32,000 bases of DNA from Paramicrosporidium saccamoebae KSL3. Taxonomy: Eukaryota; Fungi; Cryptomycota. Position numbers and translations under genes: made by a program. The stretch spans positions 5,205 through 37,204 of the forward strand of contig MTSL01000179.1 in NCBI GenBank assembly GCA_002794465.1, read 5' to 3'. A model generated the notes under the pieces. That model was not told the DNA's origin and ran no database searches. It worked only from the letters and a program-made list of their open reading frames with translations. Shown one piece after another: positions 1 to 8,934 of the stretch (position 1 is the first letter of the stretch; each line of letters starts with the position of its first letter).

Positions 1-1610
1 ATTGCTGAGCTAATTGGGCAGCATCCAAACCTAACACATTGAGGAAAATATTTAAATTGGCAATTCCTTTCGTATTGCCGCTTTGCACGACACCCATGAT
101 ACGATCACGCAATTCCATGACCATTATGCGTTTGCGGTCGGCATCAACATTCATTGCCAACAATGCCATAAATTGCCAGCCATAAAATTCGCTGTCCAGG
201 CCATGCAGGTTGGTAAAGACGTCGGAAAGACGCTCCTGAATTGGGTCAAAGAAGGACGCAAAGGATGCAGCGGATGTAGAAGTTGTAGAAGTTGATCCTT
301 CGGCATTGGCGGCCTTGAGAATCTCCAGTCGACTAAAGACAATGCAGCACAACACAATCCCCGCCTTGTTGGTGGTAATCCATGGGAGTCCCGCTTTGGT
401 GGCTAACGTCTGTAGCATTCCTTGCACCGGCTCCAATGGACATTTGGCCATGAATGGCACTAGCGCTGCCAACACTGATCCAATGAACAACTCAATGTCT
501 GCCTCTGGTGCCTCCGGACGACAAATGTCCAAATATTCAAAAAACTCGACTAATCGCACCATCGTTAGTTCTGATAGGCCGGTGCTATCAATTGCCTTTA
601 ATGCCCTCCCCAAAATGCGCTTCGTCTTGGCCTGTGCCATTACACTCAGAAACCGCATCAGCAACGTCTCATTGGTCGCCAACTGGTCAATTGATTGATC
701 TAACAGGAGCTCCCGTTTCAACACCTCTATGGCTATACGGCGACAATCCTGCAAATGGTGGCGATCATAGTCAGTCTCTTCCACATTAGGATCAGTTGTT
801 AATGCATCTTCGACCACAAAGATTGCTTCATAAATGCGCTCAATGGACGCCGATACGGAGAATTGGGCGGCGGCAGCCATCTTGGACGATGCCAACTACA
901 AATAAGCATTGTCTGGAAAGTACCATTTTGGTGGTGGAGGGCACCTGCAGCAACTGACGCGGCTTTCGCGATGAACTTGAAACTGCCTTGCCCAGCGCAC
1001 CCACAAGCGCTTCGCTGGTCTTTAGTTGCTTCTGTTCCCTTTTCCGTGGGGTGGGTAATGGCAGATACAGCGGAGCATCGCTGGTCCGCTTTCTTGTCCG
1101 TCTTTGGGCAAACGCCTTGTAGTAAAAATCCTCAATCTCTGGATGTTCCGTCGTCAGTTGCGTCAGATGGATCCGTGAAATTCCCTCCCTTTCATAGCGT
1201 GTCATTGTACTCCGGTACGGGTCCTCTTCCGTTGGAAAGGTAATCGTTGTTGGACGCACTTTTGTTCGGAACAGCTTTGGTCCGTCTCGCAGCGTCGTCC
1301 CTGCTATTCCCGCCTCAATCTCTGCGAGAGTAAGGACCCGTCGTGGCGGTGACATTGCCATTCCCGGCGGCAGGTCGTCTGTACTGTCCATTGGCACATC
1401 TTTTAAGCGACGCACAATGGTAATGGCCGAGTCGAACGGCAGTTGACCGGATTCCCCGTCATTTTCCCTCCCCATAATGCCACGTGAACCAAACGCAAAT
1501 TTGTCTTGTCCCACCCGACTGACCACTTCCTCGCCAAATGTGTCTCTGTCGTGTTCGTCATGGTCGCCAAATGTGTCGTTATTGTGTATGTCGTCCTCCT
1601 CTTCAAACAT
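1..1610 (-). CDS. PAT1: mRNA decapping activator / P-body scaffold Pat1 (3' end reaches window edge; 28-nt intron 896-923)
   Basis: N-terminal NNDTFGD and VLTLAEIEA motifs, and middle MTRYEREGISRIHLTQLTTEHPEIEDFYYK, match Pat1. Removing intron GTACTT..GCTTAT.TTGTAG (896-923) joins an open frame (SIERIYEAIFVVED...WQFMALLA...ELRDRI...NLNIFLNVLGLD) that runs to base 2. The stop probably straddles the window edge. Confidence 0.85.
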
Positions 1611-1760
1611 CCTGAACCGTCAGGGGTGGGTTAGTTGCAGTATCAGCAGTAGTGGTGGTCAGTCAGAGCGAAACAAAGTAAGAGTATATATCTGCCCCTC
1701 CGTTTTGTCTATTCTGTCCATCTTGCTTATTTATCCACTCAAACCACTCAAGCCACCCTA

Positions 1761-2066
1761 ATGTCAGTAAAGAAACAACACAAACGGAGCTTTTTCCAGG
1801 ACATCTTGGCATCTGTCTGGGAACCTGGCGTCAACAACGGACTTTTGCTCCTCATGCACCTCTCCTTTATCATCCTGCTCGCCTCGCTCCTTGTCATGCT
1901 CTGGGTGGATCGGACCAATATCCACGTCTGGATACTCACCGTCATTTCCACTCTGCTGTATGGCACCATGGTCTGGTTTGTCAGTGAAGTGGCGGCCACT
2001 CTAAAGTTGCAGCAAAAGTTGAAACACGAGCCCGTCAAATCCGAGGACACCACAAAGGTAGAATAA
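1761..2066 (+). CDS. PKR1: ER V-ATPase assembly factor Pkr1, two TM helices
   Basis: SVWEPG, HLSF, NIHV and VWFVSEV motifs with two hydrophobic segments resemble yeast Pkr1 (SVFEPG...HVSF...NIHF...IWFINEL); 101 aa. Confidence 0.8.
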   Translation: MSVKKQHKRSFFQDILASVWEPGVNNGLLLLMHLSFIILLASLLVMLWVDRTNIHVWILTVISTLLYGTMVWFVSEVAATLKLQQKLKHEPVKSEDTTKVE

Positions 2067-2312
2067 ATGAAATGTTTCATCTGTAGTTATTGGGTCCCCA
2101 ATAGTGTATAAGCACGATCCGTTAGTTATAGTGGCCACTGAATCCCCTATAAAATGCTTTTGTTCATGTCTGTCAAGTATGTGAATATAGAAAGTCGACG
2201 ACACCAGTAACGCCACAATACCCACAAGATGCTCTATTTGTGACTAGTGAGCCTTTGATTCAAGTTGATGGGGATCATTACTACTAACTCATTTTACAAA
2301 CATCATACAAGT

Positions 2313-3071
2313 TTATGGATTCTTCGTCACATCGCTTCTACTTGCCTCCCGCATCTTGCTAATCACATTGGCTGGATCGGGTGAGGAAAATATCAGAGTT
2401 CCAGCCACAACCACATTTGCACCAGCTTCAATCACTAATGGCAGATTCTCCAGAGTAACTCCTCCATCAACCTGGATCAACAACTCGGGATGCGTCTGTC
2501 GCAGCTGGCGTACTTTTTCGAGACAATCCAGCAACAACGTCTGTCCCCCAAATCCAGGTTCAACAGTCATAACAAGGACCATGTCCACCAATGCAGCAAG
2601 TGGCATGATTGTCTCAACCGGCGTTCCTGGCTTGATTGCAATCCCAACTTTCATACCGCTTGTCCTGATACTTTCAATAGTTTTCCCAGCGTCATCTAAC
2701 AATGAGCCATGGAACCCGATTACTCGATGCCTCATAATGAAATGTATACTGGGAGGCGCCGGCTCGGGCAAAATCATCAATCCACTGAAAATAAGCTACA
2801 CCCTCCTCACAGTAATACTTTATCAGGATCAGAGACCATTAGATGACAATCCAAAAAGGCATTGGTGTGCTTGCGAATGGACTTGACCACCGGTGCTCCT
2901 ATTGTCAGATTAGGCACAAAGTGTCTATATTGTCAGCGACACCAACACCAACACCCGCTACCCGTCCATGACGTCCACATGAAGCCAATCGGCTCCACAT
3001 TTGAGCATCTTTGCACATTCCCGGTCCAATTGTGCAAAGTCCCCCGACAACAAGGACGGGGCCACGAGCAT
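2313..3071 (-). CDS. RPE1: D-ribulose-5-phosphate 3-epimerase; introns 2925-2961 (37 nt), 2785-2818 (34 nt), 2696-2723 (28 nt)
   Basis: Spliced product reads [64 protein letters not shown]. All three GT-AG introns restore the frame. The exact start (ATG 3071) is uncertain. Confidence 0.92.
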
Positions 3072-3112
3072 TGGACACTAATAAGTTGGCACCACCCTGG
3101 TCATTACTAAGA

Positions 3113-3683
3113 ATGGCGCTCTTCGTTGGTCGTCTCCCCCGTGATATTCGCCCCCGCGAGCTTGAAGATCTCTTCCATAAATATGGCCGCATTACGCGCT
3201 GTGATGTGAAGCGCAATGGCTATGGCTTCATTGAATACGAAGACCCCCGCGACGCCGAGGACGCCATCAAGAGCTGCGATGGAATGCGTTTCCTGGGAGA
3301 CAGGATTGTGGTCGAGTGGGCACGGGGCGCCAAGAAGCAGAGCGAAGAATGTTTCAAGTGTGGAAAGACGGGCCACTGGGCGCGAGCTTGTCCCACCGGC
3401 GGCAGCACGGGCGGAAGAGGCCGGAGTCGCAGTCGAGACCGATATGAGCGACGTGACTATGATCGTCGCGACCGCGATTATGACCGTCGTGACCGCGATT
3501 CTCGTCGTGACCGCAGCCGTAGTCGCAGTCCCAGGTACAAATTCGCAGCTCCTCCTTATGCTCTTTAGACGTGCATCGCCTCCTCCCCCTCCCGTTGCCA
3601 ATGGTGCCGACTCGCCTCGTCGTAATGGAGCCGATTCTCCCCGTCGTAGTCGTTCTCTCTCCCGCTCTCCCGTCCGTGATTAA
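3113..3683 (+). CDS. SR splicing factor with RRM + single CCHC zinc knuckle + RS/RD tail (SRSF7/9G8- or RS2Z-like architecture); 34-nt intron 3535-3568
   Basis: RNP2 LFVGRL, RNP1 GYGFIEY, knuckle [14 protein letters not shown], then RS/RD repeats. Splicing GTACAA..TTTAG joins the RASPPP...[12 protein letters not shown] tail. Confidence 0.88.
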
Positions 3684-3742
3684 TACTACTCTAGCATGAA
3701 TAATGCGTCCATTTATAGTATCAATACATTTACATTCTACAA

Positions 3743-4087
3743 CTAGACGGATACACGTCCAAATATCCGCGTCAAAATTCGTCTGGAAAAGAGCGAGCCT
3801 ATTTGTCGGGCGAGCATCGGGAGTGCTATGAAGAACACCAGTCGAAACCCTTCCGCCAGCTCGCCTTTCCAGTCCTGCAGCTGCTGTTGCTCATCTGTTT
3901 CACTATCTCCGCTCCAGACAGAATCCTGCTCCCCGCTCGCACGCGGGTAATAATCTGTGCAGCAACGGAGACATTCGGGGTCAGAGGAGCTATCCGAGGT
4001 GCAGTAGGAAACCTCTTCTGGCTCGCTCTGGGTGTTGTAGCGGCAAAAGGTGCGGCTAGTCCAGGATGGTAACTCGTCACTCGACAT
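3743..4087 (-). CDS. Small protein with acidic region and C-terminal hydrophobic helix; candidate Mim2-like mitochondrial outer-membrane insertase subunit
   Basis: ATG at 4087 gives 114 aa. DWKGELAEGFRLVFFIALPMLARQIGSLFSRRILTRI aligns without gaps to the yeast Mim2 segment as I recall it (QWEESLQQLNKLLNWVLLPLLGKYIGRRMAKTLWSRF), preceded by an acidic tract. Confidence 0.5.
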   Translation of the reverse strand: MSSDELPSWTSRTFCRYNTQSEPEEVSYCTSDSSSDPECLRCCTDYYPRASGEQDSVWSGDSETDEQQQLQDWKGELAEGFRLVFFIALPMLARQIGSLFSRRILTRIFGRVSV

Positions 4088-4613
4088 CCTGTGGGATGGG
4101 TGCCTTGGTGGATAGGGCCTCAAGAAGATATTTTCGGATCCCCTGTCGACGTCAGTGGTACGGACCTTGTAAAGGACCAGGTGGGAACGATGAGTCACAG
4201 GCAACCATCAGTGTGTTGCATTATTGAAATGATACCACAGGCAAGAAGAGGACTTGTGTATCACTAGCCCAATATTCATTTGTGCTATAGTATCAATGTC
4301 ATAAGGAGACTAGATTAGAACCGCATCATTTCCACTGTAGTTTTTATAACTGATCCATTATAAACAAGGATTGTGTTGCTGAATTCACAACCTCACTAAA
4401 ACAATCTTTAAATCCTTGTTATTTTCTATCGCGCGCGTCTTTGCATCAATATCTATTTTTGCGTCTTTCTATAATCGTTTTTGCCCACCCACCCCGCACA
4501 AAATCGCATTAAAAATCTTGGTACATTTATTTGCACTCACAGTTTTCTTGGAACAGGTTTGGATTAGTGTGAATGTTTGCTCTTCATGCACCAACGGAAA
4601 ACCCTGGTTTCAC

Positions 4614-5150
4614 ATGCTAAAGCCCATCAAGGAAATCCTCTATAATCCCCGCCTGCAATATCGGACGTATGTATACCCCATTACGGAAGGTCTAAGGTGT
4701 ATCCTCCCAACATCTGCTACACATTGCAATTACGGTCTTTCATTGCTGTCGCAATTGCCTCCCACGCCCAAAGACAGTGGTATCTTTGCGTGGTCGCCCA
4801 CAACAGATCCCACAGCCTCCTCCGCTAGCTGTATCGAGCAACCGGCCTTTATCAGTCTGTTCCAGGAGACGCTTCGCAACGCCCATCCACAACTACGCTA
4901 CTTGCTCTCGTCCAGGGCAAAACGCCAGGATGGGTGGATTCCGCTGGTAGATGAGCGCGCGCCAGTTGGGTGGGGACGGGTCGCAGAGAGCGACGACACC
5001 ATTGGAATGTGTAGAGTGCAGGATGGCGAGGTGCTTGTGGATACCTTTGAGGTGATGCCGACCTACAGGCTAATTTCTCGACTGGGAATATTCTCCCTCC
5101 CAAGGCCCCTACATGCACTCATCCTGGATAAGCTAAATACAACCTTGTGA
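4614..5150 (+). CDS. Conserved fungal-type hypothetical protein
   Basis: First ATG at 4614; the ORF-track TTG extension is AT-rich and intergenic-like. The motif series GWIPLVDERAP..GRV...DDTIGM..V..G......VMPTYRLI...G.F.L resembles an uncharacterised fungal family I cannot name. Confidence 0.65.
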   Translation: MLKPIKEILYNPRLQYRTYVYPITEGLRCILPTSATHCNYGLSLLSQLPPTPKDSGIFAWSPTTDPTASSASCIEQPAFISLFQETLRNAHPQLRYLLSSRAKRQDGWIPLVDERAPVGWGRVAESDDTIGMCRVQDGEVLVDTFEVMPTYRLISRLGIFSLPRPLHALILDKLNTTL

Positions 5151-5338
5151 GAGTGTAAGCGTGTTTTGTAGTGGGATGATACCATGTCTTTTGTCACCTC
5201 TTGTAGTATCAATTAAATCATACCCCGAGTCTTCTTGGCTCCATTATTGATAATACGTGATGACTAATACAGCACCTCACAAATTCACCCTACCACAAGT
5301 ACACGGGTAAAGGTCTTGCAAGTTGCGAGGCTAGTAGC

Positions 5339-5384
5339 AAGACCCCTTATTAAATCCTCTGATCTGTATCTATACTGCCTCACA
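5339..5384 (+). repeat. Dispersed 46-bp intergenic element, family A, copy 1
   Basis: AAGACCCCTTATTAAATCCTCTGATCTGTATCTATACTGCCTCACA; 31/46 ungapped identity to the copy at 8770. Preceded by an 8-bp inverted repeat GGTCTTGC/GCAAGACC. Confidence 0.65.
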
Positions 5385-5517
5385 TATAATTATATACTAA
5401 GACGCATTTTATAGATTGCTACCCTCGACACTAGATTATGGAACGACCTTTTAAATTGTAACCACCAATTATCAGCGGGTACTCACAGATGCTTAACCCA
5501 ACACTCACTTGCCGGGG

Positions 5518-6765
5518 ATGCTAATGAAATTCGTAATATGCCTTGCTCTGTGTGGGGCAGTCTTGGGTAGTATCCAAAACCCAGTAGGCCTTAGAAATAT
5601 GGGAAACACATGCTACATAGCGTCAGTGCTCCAGCCACTCTTTCACGCCCCCTCTTTCCGTACCTCCGTCTTTTCGCATGCCTCTGACAGTACGCCGCAT
5701 GCAACCCTCTGCTCGCTCTTCTACCGACTGGCGGCTGGAGACAAAGCACCGGAGATGGACATTGATTTTTTACCGGCAGCAGACGTGGCCGGAAAGAAAC
5801 TATTTCAGGTTGGACGGGGTGATGATGCACAGGCCTTTTACCAATGGCTGACGGCTCATCTATCATGGACAAATGATCTCTTCAAGATAGAGTGGGAAGA
5901 GACCACCACTTGCAACGATATTCTGATTTCCAAGATAGTTGCTTCTGATACAGTCACTATCGGACAGGTCGTGAAGGACGTGCCAGTACACGAGATGCTT
6001 CGTGAAAGCGTGGAGGATGGCGTGAAAGGGTATAAAGTAGTAAAGAAGGACTTTACTGAAGCTCAGTGGGACGACTTGATGGAGAGGGGGGTTCCTGCAG
6101 AGGGACTGACTGGAGAGACACAGACCAGCATCACTCGTCGTGTTATCAATACTCCACCAATGATTGTCCTCCTTGCACACAAGTTTGCGAATACCCAAAC
6201 TCGAAAAGGAGATAAAATTGAGTATCACCAAACTTGGGACGGAACGAAATCTACCACCTTTAGCGAAACGTTTGTCCTGAATGGAGTAACCTACTACCTG
6301 CACGCCGTGACTGTCTATGTGAACAGTCGACGGAATGTGACCAATGTTAAACAAAGCCACCATTACAAAGCATACGTATGCATTGACCACAACACGAACC
6401 GTTGGTTCGAGTTTAATGATTCCGCTGCAACGCCTTCGAGCATTGCTAACATTGGTGATAATGGCTTCATGTTCTACTATGTTCGGGAAGACACTCGACA
6501 GGAATGGATAGACCTTGGCGCATTCGATATAAAATCAATCCCGAGTATGTACAGCGTTCTGGGACAGACGATGAATGCGCTTGTTGATGGACTTTCGATG
6601 CTGCTAGAGATGACGGGACTAGAACTACCCTCAACAAAACAGATAGTGAAGCTCGCTGCTGTCCCTGAGGAGGCTAAAGGTGTTCTAATCAAAGCTGATG
6701 ATGCACTTGACCGTGTTGAACACGATGAGAATAATGCAGAAACTGTTACTGATAACAAACAATAA
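5518..6765 (+). CDS. Putative secreted ubiquitin-specific protease (peptidase C19/USP fold), paralog 1
   Basis: Signal-peptide-like MKFVICLALCGAVLG; Cys box GLRNMGNTCYIASVLQPL; His box HHYKAY...WFEFNDS. Start is ATG 5518 or 5524. Confidence 0.8.
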   Translation: MLMKFVICLALCGAVLGSIQNPVGLRNMGNTCYIASVLQPLFHAPSFRTSVFSHASDSTPHATLCSLFYRLAAGDKAPEMDIDFLPAADVAGKKLFQVGRGDDAQAFYQWLTAHLSWTNDLFKIEWEETTTCNDILISKIVASDTVTIGQVVKDVPVHEMLRESVEDGVKGYKVVKKDFTEAQWDDLMERGVPAEGLTGETQTSITRRVINTPPMIVLLAHKFANTQTRKGDKIEYHQTWDGTKSTTFSETFVLNGVTYYLHAVTVYVNSRRNVTNVKQSHHYKAYVCIDHNTNRWFEFNDSAATPSSIANIGDNGFMFYYVREDTRQEWIDLGAFDIKSIPSMYSVLGQTMNALVDGLSMLLEMTGLELPSTKQIVKLAAVPEEAKGVLIKADDALDRVEHDENNAETVTDNKQ

Positions 6766-6843
6766 ATCTAACAGTGAAAGAGTATCTAGCCATTTGTTGT
6801 TTAAAGTCTGCTGGCACAGCAAATACATGGATCAGAGCGAATT

Positions 6844-7082
6844 GTTTTATTAAAGTTGTAGCGTATAGACCATCCCCCCTCAATATACCGACTTGTGGGA
6901 TCGTGCAGATATCTGGGTTGGGGCCACCAACTATAAACTGATACTGTTCAACGAGGTTGCATCATTAACCTCACAGTTTTATCAAGTGTGTGGCATATAG
7001 ACCATCTTCCTCAACACACCGGTTTGTGAGATGGCCATCTGGGTCGGTCTTTTCAATAACAAGTGGATACTGTTTAACAGGG
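6844..7082. repeat. Two tandem degenerate copies (~6844-6956 and ~6976-7082) of the ~105-110-bp family B element
   Basis: Shared blocks GTTTTAT.AAG, TAGACCATC, CCTCAA.A.ACC, TTGTG.GAT, ATCTGGGT and GATACTGTT.AAC.GG with a period of about 132 bp. A third copy lies at 25751. Confidence 0.75.
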
Positions 7083-7190
7083 CCTGCCTTGTCAAATTTG
7101 ATAAATTAATTCCTACGATCACCTGAGCCAGTCATTCGAGACGGCCCCATAGATTGCACTTGGACAGGGGACCAGGGCAGGTTAATTACA

Positions 7191-8432
7191 ATGTGGCTTT
7201 CGGTCGGTATTCTAATTGCCGCACTTATCACCCTCTCCCATGGCGCCGAGTCCAAGCAGCACAGCTCGGTGGGTCTTGTGAACAAGGGAAACAACTGCTA
7301 CATTTCAGCCATCCTACAGGCCCTTTACCATTTGCCTTCTGTGCGCGAGGCTGTGGTGCGTCAAAAGTCCAACTCTATTGTTCATACCACGTTGGCATCG
7401 CTATTCGCCCGTATGACGATGGGTACCTCGGCACAGGAAATGGACGCTGACTTTTTGGAGGCAGTGGATAGGACGAGCAAGGGATTCATTGGCTTGGCTC
7501 ACGAAGACGATCCTCATGCCTTCTTCAGCTATCTTCTGGGTCAGCACCTGCCCTGGGTCAATAACGACCAGATGATGTTTGACGTGGAGGAAACTATGGT
7601 CTATCAAGATGTCACGCTCACCACCCGGATAGCAAGGGAGAACATTCTCATTAATCACGTTTTGAGAGATCCCGCCATGCCAGTGCATTACGGGCTGGAG
7701 GAAACAATCGACGAAAATTTCGCGTTCAGCTTAACCGTAGCTGAGTGCATTAGCCTGTTTGGATCCGATTCATGTTCCTCTGATCCTCCCATCTCTCATT
7801 CTGACAGTGGAAGCGTTTCCGACCCGATGACCCTCCCTGTAACCCGCATAAGACGAGTCATCAGTACGCCCCCCATTCTCGTAATGCTGGGTGACAAGTT
7901 TAAGATGAATACTCCGCCGAACCAGCAGAACCAAAGTCGCCAAACAATGGCATTTGCGTCTAACTCGGGCAGACATTGGGATGCCTCCACCCAGACCCTC
8001 TATGATCGTGCCTTTGAGTTCCTAGGGAAGCGCTATTACCTCTATAGCACCGTCATTTACAAGCCGGGAGACGGGCTTGTCAAAGACCATTTTTTCACGC
8101 ATAGCTGTATTAATGCCGCCGAGAACCGCTGGGGCCTTTTTGACGATGGCATTGTCAAGCCTTCTGTTGAAACCTACGATCTGGGCAACAATCCGTTCAT
8201 GTTCTTTTACGTAGAAGAATCTCTCGTACAGCAATGGACGCAGATGCCGCCATTTACTGTGGATCAGATTGCTCTCCGGTATCGCTTTTTGGGACAGCTT
8301 TTTCAGTCTTTGGTGGATAGTGTCCATCTGATGATGCGTCTAACTGACGCGCCTTTCCCTAAACCAAGGGCCCCTATTGAATTTACCCCCCTCAAAGATG
8401 AGATAGTTGGCGCGTTGATTGAGGACGAATAA
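7191..8432 (+). CDS. Putative secreted ubiquitin-specific protease (peptidase C19/USP fold), paralog 2
   Basis: Signal-peptide-like MWLSVGILIAALITLSHG; Cys box GLVNKGNNCYISAILQAL; His box DHFFTH...WGLFDDG. Shares with paralog 1 a C-terminal extension (W..L/M..F....I...Y..LGQ....LVD.....T....P). Confidence 0.8.
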   Translation: MWLSVGILIAALITLSHGAESKQHSSVGLVNKGNNCYISAILQALYHLPSVREAVVRQKSNSIVHTTLASLFARMTMGTSAQEMDADFLEAVDRTSKGFIGLAHEDDPHAFFSYLLGQHLPWVNNDQMMFDVEETMVYQDVTLTTRIARENILINHVLRDPAMPVHYGLEETIDENFAFSLTVAECISLFGSDSCSSDPPISHSDSGSVSDPMTLPVTRIRRVISTPPILVMLGDKFKMNTPPNQQNQSRQTMAFASNSGRHWDASTQTLYDRAFEFLGKRYYLYSTVIYKPGDGLVKDHFFTHSCINAAENRWGLFDDGIVKPSVETYDLGNNPFMFFYVEESLVQQWTQMPPFTVDQIALRYRFLGQLFQSLVDSVHLMMRLTDAPFPKPRAPIEFTPLKDEIVGALIEDE

Positions 8433-8769
8433 CTGGATATGATGTTAGATGTGGGAACAGCCATATTAATAGGTAAGTAAACGGGTAATTGGAGACTCAA
8501 ATAGAGAGTCAGGAAAAAATCAAATGGATGCTCAAAACAAAGGTCAAACGGACGTGGGAAACTCAATGAACAATTAAACAAACAATTTCACCCTTATAAC
8601 GCGTTAATATTGTGAGGTGGTATACCCATGAACCAAGGATTCTGGTAGACGTAGTGGATTTATAACGCGCTATAAAATGTTGAAATGTTGTGTTGATCAT
8701 CATGTACCATCAGGAAAGGGGCCAGAGACATTAAGATATGATTAAATTAGCAATGTGAGATTAGAGTAA

Positions 8770-8815
8770 AAGACCCTTTATTGGTATTCCTGGCCCGTAG
8801 TTATACTATCTCACA
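8770..8815 (+). repeat. Family A element, copy 2
   Basis: AAGACCCTTTATTGGTATTCCTGGCCCGTAGTTATACTATCTCACA; 39/46 ungapped identity to the copy at 30931. Confidence 0.85.
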
Positions 8816-8934
8816 TGTTCCCTTTGTCGTCCCTTTGTCGTTCCTTTGCCGTCTCTGTTGCCTCTTTGCCATCCTTTTGTCGCCTGACCCGCTACGCACG
8901 CAGCAGGGCGTCTTGGAGCTCACAAATATGTTGT

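Noticed and set aside
306-698. 130-aa plus-strand ORF and many similar opposite-strand ORFs (e.g. 2356-2886, 10031-10492, 10431-11108, 16905-17393, 19675-20199, 23988-24539)
   Set aside because: Antisense shadows of well-supported genes; no independent motifs.
2001-2225. 74-aa minus-strand ORF overlapping the PKR1 3' end
   Set aside because: Non-ATG start, overlaps a real gene antisense, and no convincing splice model.
4363-4420. 10-bp inverted repeat AACAAGGATT/AATCCTTGTT with a 38-nt spacer
   Set aside because: About one such repeat is expected by chance in 32 kb, and no other support was seen.
4416-4613. TTG/GTG-initiated N-terminal extensions in the ORF track (4416, 4204, 5509, 9705, 11567, 19604, 3011)
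   Set aside because: Eukaryotic context; downstream ATGs or spliced first exons explain the starts better.
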